A stretch of DNA of 51,457 nt from Zetaproteobacteria bacterium (lineage in GTDB: Bacteria; Bdellovibrionota_B; Oligoflexia; Oligoflexales; Bog-1112), in contig CANFEH010000001.1 of the NCBI GenBank assembly GCA_947445855.1, forward strand, positions 1-51,457, read 5' to 3'. The notes beneath the pieces were generated by a model. That model was given only the letters and a program-made list of their open reading frames with translations, was not told the DNA's origin and did not search any database. The number at the start of each line of letters is the position of its first letter. Positions within the stretch are counted from its first letter, which is position 1. Of this stretch, positions 25,973-35,536 are shown in pieces. The position numbers and the translations under genes are program-made.

Positions 25973-28007
25973 TAGAAGTATAAAAAAAGTTTTTATAGCG
26001 AATCGTGGTGAAATTGCAAGGCGACTAGCAGAAACAGCTAAAAAATTATCCATAGAAGTGCTCTGTGTGTGTGAGGGAACTCCTCCTTCTTATTTGCTTG
26101 GTCTTGTGGATGAGTTTGTTTTTGTGGAAGAAGAAAATGTAGCTCTTTACTTGAATGCAGAAGCTATGCTTTCTTTTGCAAAAAAAAAACAGTGTGATGC
26201 CATTCATCCTGGCTTTGGTTTCTTAGCTGAAAATGCAGACTTTGCTGCTCTTGTCGAGAAATCAGGACTTATTTGGATAGGGCCAAGAAGTTCCGTTATC
26301 CGCCTCATGGCTGATAAATCAGGAGCTCGTGAGATTGCAGAAAAAATGAATGTCCCTTGCCTTTCTGGACTAAACCGATTTGTTCTTGGAAATAAAACAG
26401 ACGAAGAAAATTTAGAGAAATTTTGTGAAAAAGCTTCTTTTCCTCTTCTCATCAAAGCTGCTTTTGGTGGTGGGGGAAAAGGTATGCGGGTGGCTAAAGA
26501 TAAAGAAGAGCTTCATAAAAATTTAGAAGCAGCTGCTCGTGAGGCAAAAAGCTCTTTTGGAAATGATACCCTTGTTATTGAAGAGTATGTGCCAGAGTCT
26601 CGTCATGTAGAGGTTCAAGTGATAGCAGACTCTCATGGTCAGGTAAAAATTTTAGGTGATCGCGATTGTTCTATTCAGAGAAGACATCAAAAAATTATAG
26701 AAGAAGCCCCTGCTCCTCACTTAAGTGAGACACTTAGAGTGCAACTGCATGAAGCTGCTTATAAGCTAGCAAAAGGAATGGAGTACAATTCTTGTGGGAC
26801 TGTTGAGTTTCTTGTTCCTTGGTCTATGGAGCTGAATTCCTCTGTCAAAGATTCTTTTTATTTTCTTGAGATGAACACAAGACTTCAAGTGGAGCATCCT
26901 GTTACAGAAGAAATTTTTGATACAGATATCGTAGAGCTACAGTTTCAAGTCGCAGAAGGTAAAGCTTTGACAAATGAAGTTATGCAAAAAACTTCATCTA
27001 AGCACTCCATTGAGGCTCGTATTTATTTAGAAGATCCAAAAAAAAATTTTCTACCATCACCAGGTCTTGTTGCTGGTTTTGTTCCTTTCCATCAAAAAGG
27101 TATTCGCTGGGAAGTTGGAATTGACACAGTAGATACTGTGACAGGACGATTTGATCCTATGGTAGCCAAGTTAATTGCAACAGCGTCTAATAGAAAAGAA
27201 GCGATTCATTTAATAGAATCAGCTTTGCAGAAAACTTTCCTTCCTACTACTGCTAGCAACCAAAGTTTTTTATCAGAAATTTTTCGTGACGAAAAATTTT
27301 TAGATTCTGCAGTGAGTACTTCTTATTTAAGTCATTATGGAGATTCTCTCTTAAAAAAACTCTCTTTTAGAGAAAAACAAAATCAAGTTTATCTTGAAGA
27401 AGTATGTGACAAACTGATTTCTCAAGTATCCCAAAAAGGTAGACTGATTGATCGAAATATTTTTGATGTGGATTATGTGAAAGACCTTTCTTTTTCGGGA
27501 ATAAATTTATTTTCTGCTAAAAAAAATGAATCTCCTATTGAAAATCAGTTAGTTAGAAAAAGTATCTTCACGGATGTCAAAAAACCAAATGATCTTATTT
27601 TCTATTATAGTTTTTTTAATACTCTGATCGGTAAAGAAGGATCATTTCTTCACATGACTCATTATGAACCTGAAAATAAAGAGAAAATTTATTTTTTAGG
27701 ATATAATGGATGTATTTTTAAGAAAATTATCCGACACAAAAGATGGCTCCAGGGAAGGGAGCAGGATTTATCCAATGCCTCTGATATTAAGTCTGAAGTT
27801 CCAGGAAAAATTATAAAAATTCTTATAAAGCCTGGAGAGAGAGTTTCAAAAAATCAGTCTTGCTTTATTTTAGAGTCCATGAAAATGGAGTTTGATATGA
27901 AAGCTTCTAGAGACTGTGTCCTGTCTAAAATTCTTGTAAAAGAAGGTGATCAGGTAGAAGCTTCTCAAGTCCTAGCTAAACTAGAGGCACCTAAAAAACC
28001 TGCTTGA
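25965..28007 (+). CDS. acyl-CoA carboxylase biotin carboxylase + BCCP (alpha) subunit
   Basis: IANRGEIA, GGGGKGMR and EMNTRLQVEHPVTE biotin carboxylase motifs. C-terminal biotinylation motif ESMKME. Confidence 0.85.
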   Translation: MSNRSIKKVFIANRGEIARRLAETAKKLSIEVLCVCEGTPPSYLLGLVDEFVFVEEENVALYLNAEAMLSFAKKKQCDAIHPGFGFLAENADFAALVEKSGLIWIGPRSSVIRLMADKSGAREIAEKMNVPCLSGLNRFVLGNKTDEENLEKFCEKASFPLLIKAAFGGGGKGMRVAKDKEELHKNLEAAAREAKSSFGNDTLVIEEYVPESRHVEVQVIADSHGQVKILGDRDCSIQRRHQKIIEEAPAPHLSETLRVQLHEAAYKLAKGMEYNSCGTVEFLVPWSMELNSSVKDSFYFLEMNTRLQVEHPVTEEIFDTDIVELQFQVAEGKALTNEVMQKTSSKHSIEARIYLEDPKKNFLPSPGLVAGFVPFHQKGIRWEVGIDTVDTVTGRFDPMVAKLIATASNRKEAIHLIESALQKTFLPTTASNQSFLSEIFRDEKFLDSAVSTSYLSHYGDSLLKKLSFREKQNQVYLEEVCDKLISQVSQKGRLIDRNIFDVDYVKDLSFSGINLFSAKKNESPIENQLVRKSIFTDVKKPNDLIFYYSFFNTLIGKEGSFLHMTHYEPENKEKIYFLGYNGCIFKKIIRHKRWLQGREQDLSNASDIKSEVPGKIIKILIKPGERVSKNQSCFILESMKMEFDMKASRDCVLSKILVKEGDQVEASQVLAKLEAPKKPA

Positions 28008-28081
28008 TCTTCTTGTTCATGATCTCTTCTTTCTAGCTGGAAGCCAAAAAATAAGAAAAATATTTTTTAGGGAGTTTCTCT

Positions 28082-28993
28082 GTGCAGCTAGATCAATTTT
28101 TTATGAAGAAAGCTTTTTATTATCTCTCAGGAGGAGGGCTTGATGAAGTCGAGCTGTCTCTTCTTTTTTATTTTTTTTCTAAAGGAGAAGATTGTTTTGA
28201 AAGTTTTTTGGTTCAACTTAAAGACCTTTCTTGTGTTATAAAGCAAAAAGACAACATAATTTTAGACGCAATCTATAATTTACAATCAAAACGTGTGATC
28301 AAGCTAAAAGAGTCTCAAAAAAGAAACTCCTTTTTTAGACCAAGTACTTTTGCTCTCAATGTGAATCAAAACTTTGAAGAGTGGAATCTAGACTCAGTAA
28401 AGAATTCTATGAAAGAGTCAGAAGTCTCCACAGAAAAAGTAGAAAAAGTTTTTAAAATAAAACTTGTGGAGAATAAGTCTCTCTACGAAGACTTAGACAA
28501 TCAAGCAAAACTCCTGGTTGATTTTTATATTGGTTTTAAAGGAATTCCTGAGCATGAAAAAAAAGATCTTTTTAAGGATGCCCAAGTTCTCATTGGGACT
28601 TATTCATTTGAAGCTTCGCTTTTTGTCCTAAAACATTTTTATGAGAAAATTACCTCTTTTTCAGATCTTTTGAGCAATTGGACAAGTTACCAGGGAGCTC
28701 TTCAAAAAGAACTCCAGAAAATTGATTTTATCGAAGCTAAAAAGCAACATGACAAAGATGATAAAGAGTTTTGTGAAGTAGTTAGAAAGTGGATTCTTCT
28801 TTCAAAAGAAAAACTTTTAACAGAAGAGGAGACAAGAATCCTTGAAATTTTAATCGAGAACTCTCATCCAAGACGTCAGCTTTTTTGGGCTTATAGATTT
28901 AGAGATAATTATCCAAATCTTAAACCTTTTTTTCAAGAGAATTTGAAATGCATGCTCCCAGTAACAACAAAAGGCCATCCTGTGAAGAAATAG
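28082..28993 (+). CDS. hypothetical protein
   Basis: 303-aa ORF with a GTG start 7 nt after AGGGAG. No motif recognised. Confidence 0.45.
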   Translation: MQLDQFFMKKAFYYLSGGGLDEVELSLLFYFFSKGEDCFESFLVQLKDLSCVIKQKDNIILDAIYNLQSKRVIKLKESQKRNSFFRPSTFALNVNQNFEEWNLDSVKNSMKESEVSTEKVEKVFKIKLVENKSLYEDLDNQAKLLVDFYIGFKGIPEHEKKDLFKDAQVLIGTYSFEASLFVLKHFYEKITSFSDLLSNWTSYQGALQKELQKIDFIEAKKQHDKDDKEFCEVVRKWILLSKEKLLTEEETRILEILIENSHPRRQLFWAYRFRDNYPNLKPFFQENLKCMLPVTTKGHPVKK

Positions 28994-29154
28994 GATTGAT
29001 TCTTTTCAGATGTTTCCAAAGAAAATACTTCAGCAATTACAAGGACTTAAAAAATACGGATATATTTTAGCCGCGGCATCCTATATTCTCTCTTCAGTTT
29101 AAATCATATTTTTAAAGAGACTTCCTCTTAAGAAGGTCTTACTGGAGTAGAGAC

Positions 29155-29644
29155 ATGAAAAATTTTACATGTATTTCTATGATTTTGTTTTTTGTTTTTT
29201 GTTTTTTTCTCAAGGATTTCTTTTGGAGCTAGTGCGAAAAGAATGAAAAAAGATCAAATTGCAATTCACCTTATGCAGATTGCTTATAGAGGTGGAGAAG
29301 GTGATTATAAAAAGTTTCATCGTCTTATAAGTCAAGCTTTGCATGTTGGTGTTTCAGAAAAAGAGCTTTTGGCATTTTTTGCTAAAAAGACGACAAAAGA
29401 TAATAATATAAAAAATGATTCTCTAGAAGATGTAGCTCTTAATCTTGCTTTTTCTTGTGGAAATCAGCAGTCTGATCCTGATCGTGGTAAAAAGCTTGAA
29501 AATTTAATTAAACAAATAAAAGAAAAATTACGTCTTGAGAATTTCTTAAGAGTAAGGAGAATGTTACCAGCTAAGATATTTATTTCTCCTTCTGTGTCTC
29601 CTGTTCTATCAGAGGGAGCAGAGGAATCAAAAGCAAATAGCTAA
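29155..29644 (+). pseudogene. hypothetical secreted protein apparently split by a +1 frameshift in a T7 tract (alternative: intact cytoplasmic CDS from ATG 29243)
   Basis: ATG 29155 has a GGAG RBS 7 nt upstream and encodes a signal-like MKNFTCISMILFFVFCFF, stopping at 29230-29232. The long ORF (track 29192..29644) is in the next frame. Removing one T from T7 (29202-29208) joins them as ..FVFCFFSRISFGASAKRMKK.. Confidence 0.4.
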
Positions 29645-29650
29645 CATTTT

Positions 29651-30352
29651 TTAATAGGAACCTTCCAAAATCAAAACAAAGTTCACTTTGCCAAGGAGCT
29701 TTGTTTTTTTTTGTATCTCTTTTAGTGATTCAAAAATGTAGTCCTCTTCTGGGCCTGATATATCAATGGCTAAGAGGGCTTTGTGTTTTTCTCCAAGAAG
29801 TTCCTTAAAATGCTCAAGCAGAGCCTCTCGTCGATAGGGAGCATCTAAAGTGATAAGAGGTTTTCCAATTTTTATGTACTTCTCTAGTTCTTCTGCTCTC
29901 TCTTCTTTTTTACGTGGTAAAAGACCTGTGAAAATAAAGCTATTTATAGGAAAAGGGCAAGCACTCATGGCAGCTATAATAGAAGAAGGGCCAGGAATAA
30001 CTTCAAGAGGAGATGAAAGTTCATAAGCTATAGCAGCGATCGCAGATCCAGGATCACAGAGGGTTGGGCTTCCCTGATCGCTCATGTAGCAAACGGTTTT
30101 TCCTTTTTTGAGTGCTTTTCTTACTTCTTCTAAAGTTTCTTTTTGTGTGTGTTCATTGAAGAGAAGAAACTCTCTCGTAACTTGAGAGGCTTTAAGAGCT
30201 TGTCTCGCAGGCCTTGCTTCTTCAAAGATAACAAGATCTGAGTTTTTGAGAGCTTCTTTTGAGCGAAAAGGGAGGTCCTCCTCTTTTCCTAAGTGATTAG
30301 AAGCCATGATGAGGCCTATTTTTTTCTTTTTTGTTACAAGGTCTTGTTCCAT
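29651..30352 (-). CDS. rsmI: 16S rRNA (cytidine1402-2'-O)-methyltransferase
   Basis: Tetrapyrrole-methylase-fold ORF with SDQGSPTLCDPGS, resembling the RsmI sDAGtPxISDPG motif. Confidence 0.75.
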   Translation of the reverse strand: MEQDLVTKKKKIGLIMASNHLGKEEDLPFRSKEALKNSDLVIFEEARPARQALKASQVTREFLLFNEHTQKETLEEVRKALKKGKTVCYMSDQGSPTLCDPGSAIAAIAYELSSPLEVIPGPSSIIAAMSACPFPINSFIFTGLLPRKKEERAEELEKYIKIGKPLITLDAPYRREALLEHFKELLGEKHKALLAIDISGPEEDYIFESLKEIQKKTKLLGKVNFVLILEGSY

Positions 30353-30541
30353 ACTTTCTTTCTTACAGGGTATTTGAGTGGGTCGGGAAGCTCTTTATCG
30401 CTCTTTTTTGCTGTAAATCCAAGCCTATTCATGTATTCTTCCCTCTAGATCTTACAGATTGGGGTGTGTCGCTTTTTTTAGCAAAATTGCTATTTTTTGC
30501 GGGCGTTCTGAGGCAGCCCTTCATTGGAGGAAAAGTTTTCT

Positions 30542-31282
30542 ATGGCGGTTTATGGCCCCCATTGTCTGAACCAAGGGAAAATTCCAACACATGTTGCTAT
30601 GATTATGGATGGCAATGGTCGTTGGGCGATGAGTCAAGGTCAACAAAGAACTTGGGGGCATAACGAAGGTGTTTCCAGTGTCAGGAAGGTGGTCTGCTAT
30701 ACCAATACACTTGGGGTTAAGTATTTAACTCTTTATGCTTTTAGCGAGGAAAACTGGAAGAGGCCAAAAGCAGAAGTAGATTTTATCTTTTCTTTAGTTG
30801 CTCGTTATCTAAAAGCCGAAATAGAAGAACTTGATCGCCAGAATGTTTTTGTAGCCTACATTGGGGACTTTTCTAAACTCGGAGACGATGTGCAAGAAAG
30901 TCTCGCCTATGCTCAGAAAAGGCTTTCAAAAAACACTGGCCTCACTTTAATTATCGCTTTGAGTTATGGCTCTCGTTCTGAAATTGTTCATGCTTGTAAG
31001 AGTTTGCTTGTAAAAGTTCAAAGCGAAGAAATGGGGATAGAAGATATTGATCAAGAGGCTTTTAGTCGCTTTTTGCAAACATCTTCTTATCCAGACCCCG
31101 ATCTTCTTATTCGAACGAGTGGAGAGCTAAGGATTTCGAATTTTCTTTTATGGCAACTTGCGTACTCAGAGCTTTATTTCTCTGATCGAATGTGGCCTGA
31201 ATTTGAGTCATGGCACTACCTTGAAGCTGTGGCTCAGTATCAACAACGAAAAAGACGCTATGGAACGATTCATAGTCATTAG
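30542..31282 (+). CDS. uppS: undecaprenyl diphosphate synthase
   Basis: HVAMIMDGNGRWA, LTLYAFSEENWKRP and IRTSGELRISNFLLWQ. I chose ATG 30542 because GGAGG lies 11 nt upstream. Confidence 0.9.
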   Translation: MAVYGPHCLNQGKIPTHVAMIMDGNGRWAMSQGQQRTWGHNEGVSSVRKVVCYTNTLGVKYLTLYAFSEENWKRPKAEVDFIFSLVARYLKAEIEELDRQNVFVAYIGDFSKLGDDVQESLAYAQKRLSKNTGLTLIIALSYGSRSEIVHACKSLLVKVQSEEMGIEDIDQEAFSRFLQTSSYPDPDLLIRTSGELRISNFLLWQLAYSELYFSDRMWPEFESWHYLEAVAQYQQRKRRYGTIHSH

Positions 31283-31327
31283 AATTGTTTCTTTCAGTAT
31301 TTCAAGTAGGATTTAGGTTTTTAAATT

Positions 31328-32155
31328 ATGTTTTGGAAAAGAGCGCTAACAGTTGTTGTGGGTTTGCCGACCCTTCTTTATATTTTGATTGTTCTACCTC
31401 CTCAGGTTGTTTTTGTTTTGTTTTGGGTTTCTTCAATGGTGGTGACCTTTGAGTTTTCAAGGATGTTTTATTTGCCACTTGTTGAGAAATTTTGTGAAAA
31501 ACGAGAAAAGCCGCATCAGTATTCTCGATTTTTTGTAGTGGTTCTTTGTGCTCTTTATTTTTTTCTTGTGACTCAGCTTGGTTTCCCAGTGGTTAGTTTA
31601 CTTTTGCTTTTGATTTTTCTTGATATTTTTATTCACTTTTCTATCAAATCTTCTCCTGAATTTTTGGTGGCTCATGTGCTTTTTTCTTTTGTTGCTATTG
31701 GTTATTGTTGTTTGCCTTGGATTCTTCTTTGGGATATTTATGAAAAAGCTCCCGGGGCAAAACTTCTTTTACTTCTTCTTGTGATTGTGATGGCAAGTGA
31801 CATGGGAGCTTATGCTATAGGTTCTCGTTTTGGGAAACATAAGTTTGCTCCTCTTCTTTCGCCTAAAAAAACTTGGGAAGGTTTTGTTGGTGGCTTAGCT
31901 TCTGGTGTTCTTGGAGCGTTACTTTATAATTATTTTGCAGAAGCTCTTCCTGGGCACTGGATTTTAGTTGTTCTTTGTAGTCTTGGGTGTTCAGTGATGG
32001 CAGCTATTGGAGACCTTGTAGAATCTTCTTTTAAGCGATTTTCTCGAGTAAAGGATTCAGGGAATATTCTCCCTGGACATGGGGGATTATTAGACCGTGT
32101 AGATGCGATTGTCTTCACGGTTCCTTTTTTCCACTTTATTATTTATTGGTTATAA
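31328..32155 (+). CDS. cdsA: phosphatidate cytidylyltransferase
   Basis: Polytopic ORF. C-terminal SFKRFSRVKDSGNILPGHGGLLDRVD matches the CdsA signature. Confidence 0.9.
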   Translation: MFWKRALTVVVGLPTLLYILIVLPPQVVFVLFWVSSMVVTFEFSRMFYLPLVEKFCEKREKPHQYSRFFVVVLCALYFFLVTQLGFPVVSLLLLLIFLDIFIHFSIKSSPEFLVAHVLFSFVAIGYCCLPWILLWDIYEKAPGAKLLLLLLVIVMASDMGAYAIGSRFGKHKFAPLLSPKKTWEGFVGGLASGVLGALLYNYFAEALPGHWILVVLCSLGCSVMAAIGDLVESSFKRFSRVKDSGNILPGHGGLLDRVDAIVFTVPFFHFIIYWL

Positions 32156-32179
32156 ATTTTAAAGAAAGATCATTTCATT

Positions 32180-33901
32180 ATGTTAACAGAGTTTCTTTCT
32201 TACCCTCTTGTGGCTGTTCTTTTTCTTCTTGGTGTTCTTGTATTTGTTCACGAGTTTGGACACTACATAACTGCTAAAATTTTTCATGTGGGTGTTGAAA
32301 CATTTTCTTTTGGTTTTGGCCCCGTGTTAATTTCAAAAAAGTTTTTTGGAACACTGTTTCAAGTGGCTTTAATACCCCTTGGTGGTTTTGTTAAATTAGC
32401 AGGATCTTATGAAGGAGAACCTGTTCCAGAAGAGTATGAAGGAACAGAACTGTTTCGAGCAGCTCCGTGGAAAAAGATTCTTATTTTACTAGCAGGCCCT
32501 GCTTTCAATTTCTTTTTAGCTGCTTTTATATATGCAAGTTTGTTTTCAGTTGGTTTTAAAAAACTAGAATCTGTTGTGGGTCTTGTGAAGAAAGAAAGCC
32601 CAGCGGAACAAGCAGGTCTTCTCTCAGGAGATCGTCTTCTCAGTTTGGGAGGCAAGAGTTTTAATACTTGGGAAGATATGAGTAAGTTGATTACTGAGTC
32701 TCCTGGCAAAGAGCTTGATGTCACTTATGACCGGTTTGGTCAGGAGTATAAAACAAAAATAACACCAGAAACTTTTTTTGTTCCAAGTCACAAAGGAGGA
32801 GAAGAAGCTGTGGGGCGTATAGGAATTGCTCCTATTTTTTGGCCTCCAATCGTCAGTGTCTCTGCTCTTGCAAGTGTAGCTTACAGGCTTGGTTTGAGAA
32901 CAGGGGATTTTGTTCAATCTGTGACTTATAAAGAAAATGGAAGTGAAATGCTTCTCGAAGAAAAAATTTCTGCTTGGCATGAGTTAGAGTTTTTTCTTGT
33001 TAGAATGCTTAATAAAAATTTAGCAAATGTATCTTTGCAAGTGAAACGTTCTTCTGATTCAGAGCTTGTTTCCATTCCTTTGGAATTAACATCGGAGGAA
33101 AAAAATAATTCTCTTCTACTTCAAGATCCTAGTCTTTTCACTTCTTTTTTAGGTTTACGCTCAAGTGAGCTCACAGTCTCATTTGAAGACGAAAAAAAAT
33201 CTTCCTCTAGTCTTTTAAAAAATCACGATATTCTGATTAGTTTTCAAGGAAAGATGATTAGAGATATTTTTGATTTAGAAAAAGCTTTAGAAGAAAACAA
33301 GAGTAGTTTAGGTTCTCTTACTGTTTTTAGAGAAGGTAAAGAAATTTCATTTGATTTTCCTTTGAAAGCATTGGAAAGACAGTTGCCTTCTGGTAGGGAA
33401 TTGTTTTATGTTCTTGATGTTTCTTTTCTAGCAAAGGGGATTTCTCTACCGTATAGAGTAGAGAAAGCAGAGTCTCTTTTTGCCGCTCTTAGTTTTGGGA
33501 TTGCTGAAACGTATAATATGTCTCTCAAGTTTTGTGAATCTCTTTGGGGACTTCTTGTGGGACGTGTTCCGTTAGCCTCTCTTGGTGGCCCACTTCTCAT
33601 TGCAAAAACAGCAAGCGAGTCTATTAAAATGGGCTTTGAAGTTTTTTTTATGATTATGGCTCTCATCAGTATCAATCTTGGAATTGTGAATCTTGTGCCC
33701 ATACCTCTTCTTGATGGAGGCCGCATTGTGATTGTTACTATTGAGTGGGTAAGAGGAAAAACTCTCAGTTTAGAGGCACTTGAGAATTTTCAAAAAATAG
33801 GTTTTGTGCTAGTTTTTTCTCTTTTTATACTAGCTATGTATAACGATTTAAGCCGCTTTTGGGCTTCTGCTATTCAAGACTTTGTGGGTATGGGAAAATG
33901 A
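32180..33901 (+). CDS. rseP: RIP site-2 metalloprotease (M50) with PDZ domains
   Basis: HEFGHY zinc motif in the first TM region, PDZ-like segments (PAEQAGLLSGDRLLSLGG), and C-terminal LNLVPIPLLDGG. Confidence 0.85.
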   Translation: MLTEFLSYPLVAVLFLLGVLVFVHEFGHYITAKIFHVGVETFSFGFGPVLISKKFFGTLFQVALIPLGGFVKLAGSYEGEPVPEEYEGTELFRAAPWKKILILLAGPAFNFFLAAFIYASLFSVGFKKLESVVGLVKKESPAEQAGLLSGDRLLSLGGKSFNTWEDMSKLITESPGKELDVTYDRFGQEYKTKITPETFFVPSHKGGEEAVGRIGIAPIFWPPIVSVSALASVAYRLGLRTGDFVQSVTYKENGSEMLLEEKISAWHELEFFLVRMLNKNLANVSLQVKRSSDSELVSIPLELTSEEKNNSLLLQDPSLFTSFLGLRSSELTVSFEDEKKSSSSLLKNHDILISFQGKMIRDIFDLEKALEENKSSLGSLTVFREGKEISFDFPLKALERQLPSGRELFYVLDVSFLAKGISLPYRVEKAESLFAALSFGIAETYNMSLKFCESLWGLLVGRVPLASLGGPLLIAKTASESIKMGFEVFFMIMALISINLGIVNLVPIPLLDGGRIVIVTIEWVRGKTLSLEALENFQKIGFVLVFSLFILAMYNDLSRFWASAIQDFVGMGK

Positions 33902-34551
33902 AAGTAAGACTTTATTTAGATACGAGTATTTTAGGCTTAGCTTTTGCGCTAACAGATGAACATGGAAAAATTCTTTATGAAGACTACACATCATCTAAAG
34001 GGGCAGCTAGTCTTTCTTTATCTCTTGGTTTAAGAAGTGCCCTTGAAAAATTAAGTTTGAATGAGTCTCATGTGACACTAGTTGTCGTGTCAAAAGGTCC
34101 AGGAACCTTTACAGGAATTCGGATTGGACTTGCTTGGGCAATGGGTTTTTGTACAAAAGCTTCAGGTCGACAGCTTCTTGGGGTGTCTTCTTTGTCTTGC
34201 CTAGCTTCTGCTTTTAGACAGGGATCTTCTCATAAAAAGACTTCAATACTACTAGCAAATACAAAGAACACAGGGTTTTTAGCTTCTTCAGAAGAAAATA
34301 AGTCTCATTTAAGTTTTGTGGAAGAGTGTTTCCCAGAAGTGGAAAAAGGGGAGACCTTGTTTGTAGACTCTTTTTATGAAAGAATAGAGCGTCTAGGGAT
34401 TAGAGAAATTTCTAAAGAGGATTTGGCGCGTCAGGCTCTCCAGGCTATGATCTCTCAAGTGAATATTTATGATCAAAGCCTTGTGGCAAAAAACTCCTTT
34501 ATAGAGCCTCTTTATTTAAGAAAATCTTCTGTGGAAGAAAAAAAACAATGA
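33898..34551 (+). CDS. tsaB: tRNA threonylcarbamoyladenosine biosynthesis protein TsaB
   Basis: SKGPGTFTGIRIGL motif. ATGA overlap with the rseP stop gives the start at 33898 (MKVRLYLDTS). Confidence 0.75.
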   Translation: MKVRLYLDTSILGLAFALTDEHGKILYEDYTSSKGAASLSLSLGLRSALEKLSLNESHVTLVVVSKGPGTFTGIRIGLAWAMGFCTKASGRQLLGVSSLSCLASAFRQGSSHKKTSILLANTKNTGFLASSEENKSHLSFVEECFPEVEKGETLFVDSFYERIERLGIREISKEDLARQALQAMISQVNIYDQSLVAKNSFIEPLYLRKSSVEEKKQ

Positions 34552-35372
34552 AAAAAAAAACAGTGACTCCAACCATTAACAAGCCTGTTTATATACTTCC
34601 TAATCTTTTTACTACTGGGAATCTTTTTTTTGGTTATTTCTCTATTTTGAAGTCTATGGATGGGGATTTTGTTGTTGCAGCAGCAGCAATTCTTTTAGCC
34701 AGTATCTTTGATGTACTTGATGGTCGTGTAGCTCGGTTAACCAATGCTGCTAGTGCCTTTGGTGTTCAGTATGATTCTCTTTGTGATTTAGTTTCTTTTG
34801 GTGTAGCTCCAGCTATTCTTGTGTACCAATATTCTCTTGGCGGTCTTGGGAGAATTGCTTGGGCTATTTGTTTTATGTATGTGGTTTGTGGTGCTCTTAG
34901 ACTAGCTCGTTTTAATGTTCAGTCCCATCTTGGAGATGAGGTTGATGGTTTTGTTGGTATTCCTATACCAGCCCCTGCAGGGCTTCTCAGTACTTTTGTT
35001 GCCTTTATGGAGGGGCTTAAAACCCATGAAAATGAAGGTCTTTTATGGCTTGTAGATTTTGCCTATAAGTGGGATTTGTTTACAACAGGTACGAAGTACT
35101 TTCTGCTTTTCTTGGTCCCTCTTCTCGCTTTTTTGATGGTGAGCAATATTCTTTATAGATCTCATAAATCTCTTAATATTAAAGGGATTAAAACCTTTCA
35201 TCTTTTAGCGCTTCTTGGTGTTTTGGTTGGCTTGCTTGCGTATAAGCCTTCTTTGATTGGCTTTCTTTTCTTTTTGATTTATGCCTTTAGTGGAGTTTTT
35301 GAGTACTTAATGGGGTGGCAACAGCCTGTGGATGATGAGCATATTTTTGAGACTTCTTATGAAGATCCTTAA
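34548..35372 (+). CDS. pssA: CDP-diacylglycerol--serine O-phosphatidyltransferase
   Basis: CDP-alcohol phosphatidyltransferase motif DVLDGRVARLTNAASAFGVQYDSLCDLVSFGVAPA with PssA-like length and topology. ATGA overlap with tsaB. Confidence 0.8.
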   Translation: MKKKTVTPTINKPVYILPNLFTTGNLFFGYFSILKSMDGDFVVAAAAILLASIFDVLDGRVARLTNAASAFGVQYDSLCDLVSFGVAPAILVYQYSLGGLGRIAWAICFMYVVCGALRLARFNVQSHLGDEVDGFVGIPIPAPAGLLSTFVAFMEGLKTHENEGLLWLVDFAYKWDLFTTGTKYFLLFLVPLLAFLMVSNILYRSHKSLNIKGIKTFHLLALLGVLVGLLAYKPSLIGFLFFLIYAFSGVFEYLMGWQQPVDDEHIFETSYEDP

Positions 35373-35536
35373 GAACTTATTGGTGTTAGGCTTTTTTTTA
35401 CGGAAATATGAAAGAGCTTTGTAGTTTTTTTGACCTTGCATGCCACTTCTATAGTGTTTGTTGTTTAGGTCTTCTTGATCTATAATGAAAGAGTCTATAA
35501 AAAAAATTAGATATGTTAGAAAAAGGAACAAGTCTT

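Noticed and set aside
30479-30498. Palindrome TAGCAA-AA-TTGCTA followed by T6, about 45 nt upstream of uppS (possible attenuator).
   Set aside because: It is a 6-bp AU-rich stem with a 2-nt loop, which is thermodynamically marginal. There is no upstream + strand gene to terminate and no alternative pairing that I could see.
30331-30663. 110-aa + strand ORF spanning the rsmI-uppS spacer and the uppS 5' end.
   Set aside because: It overlaps the rsmI start and the uppS coding frame, which carries the canonical DGNGRWA motif. It has no RBS and a Cys/Trp-rich nonsense-like translation.
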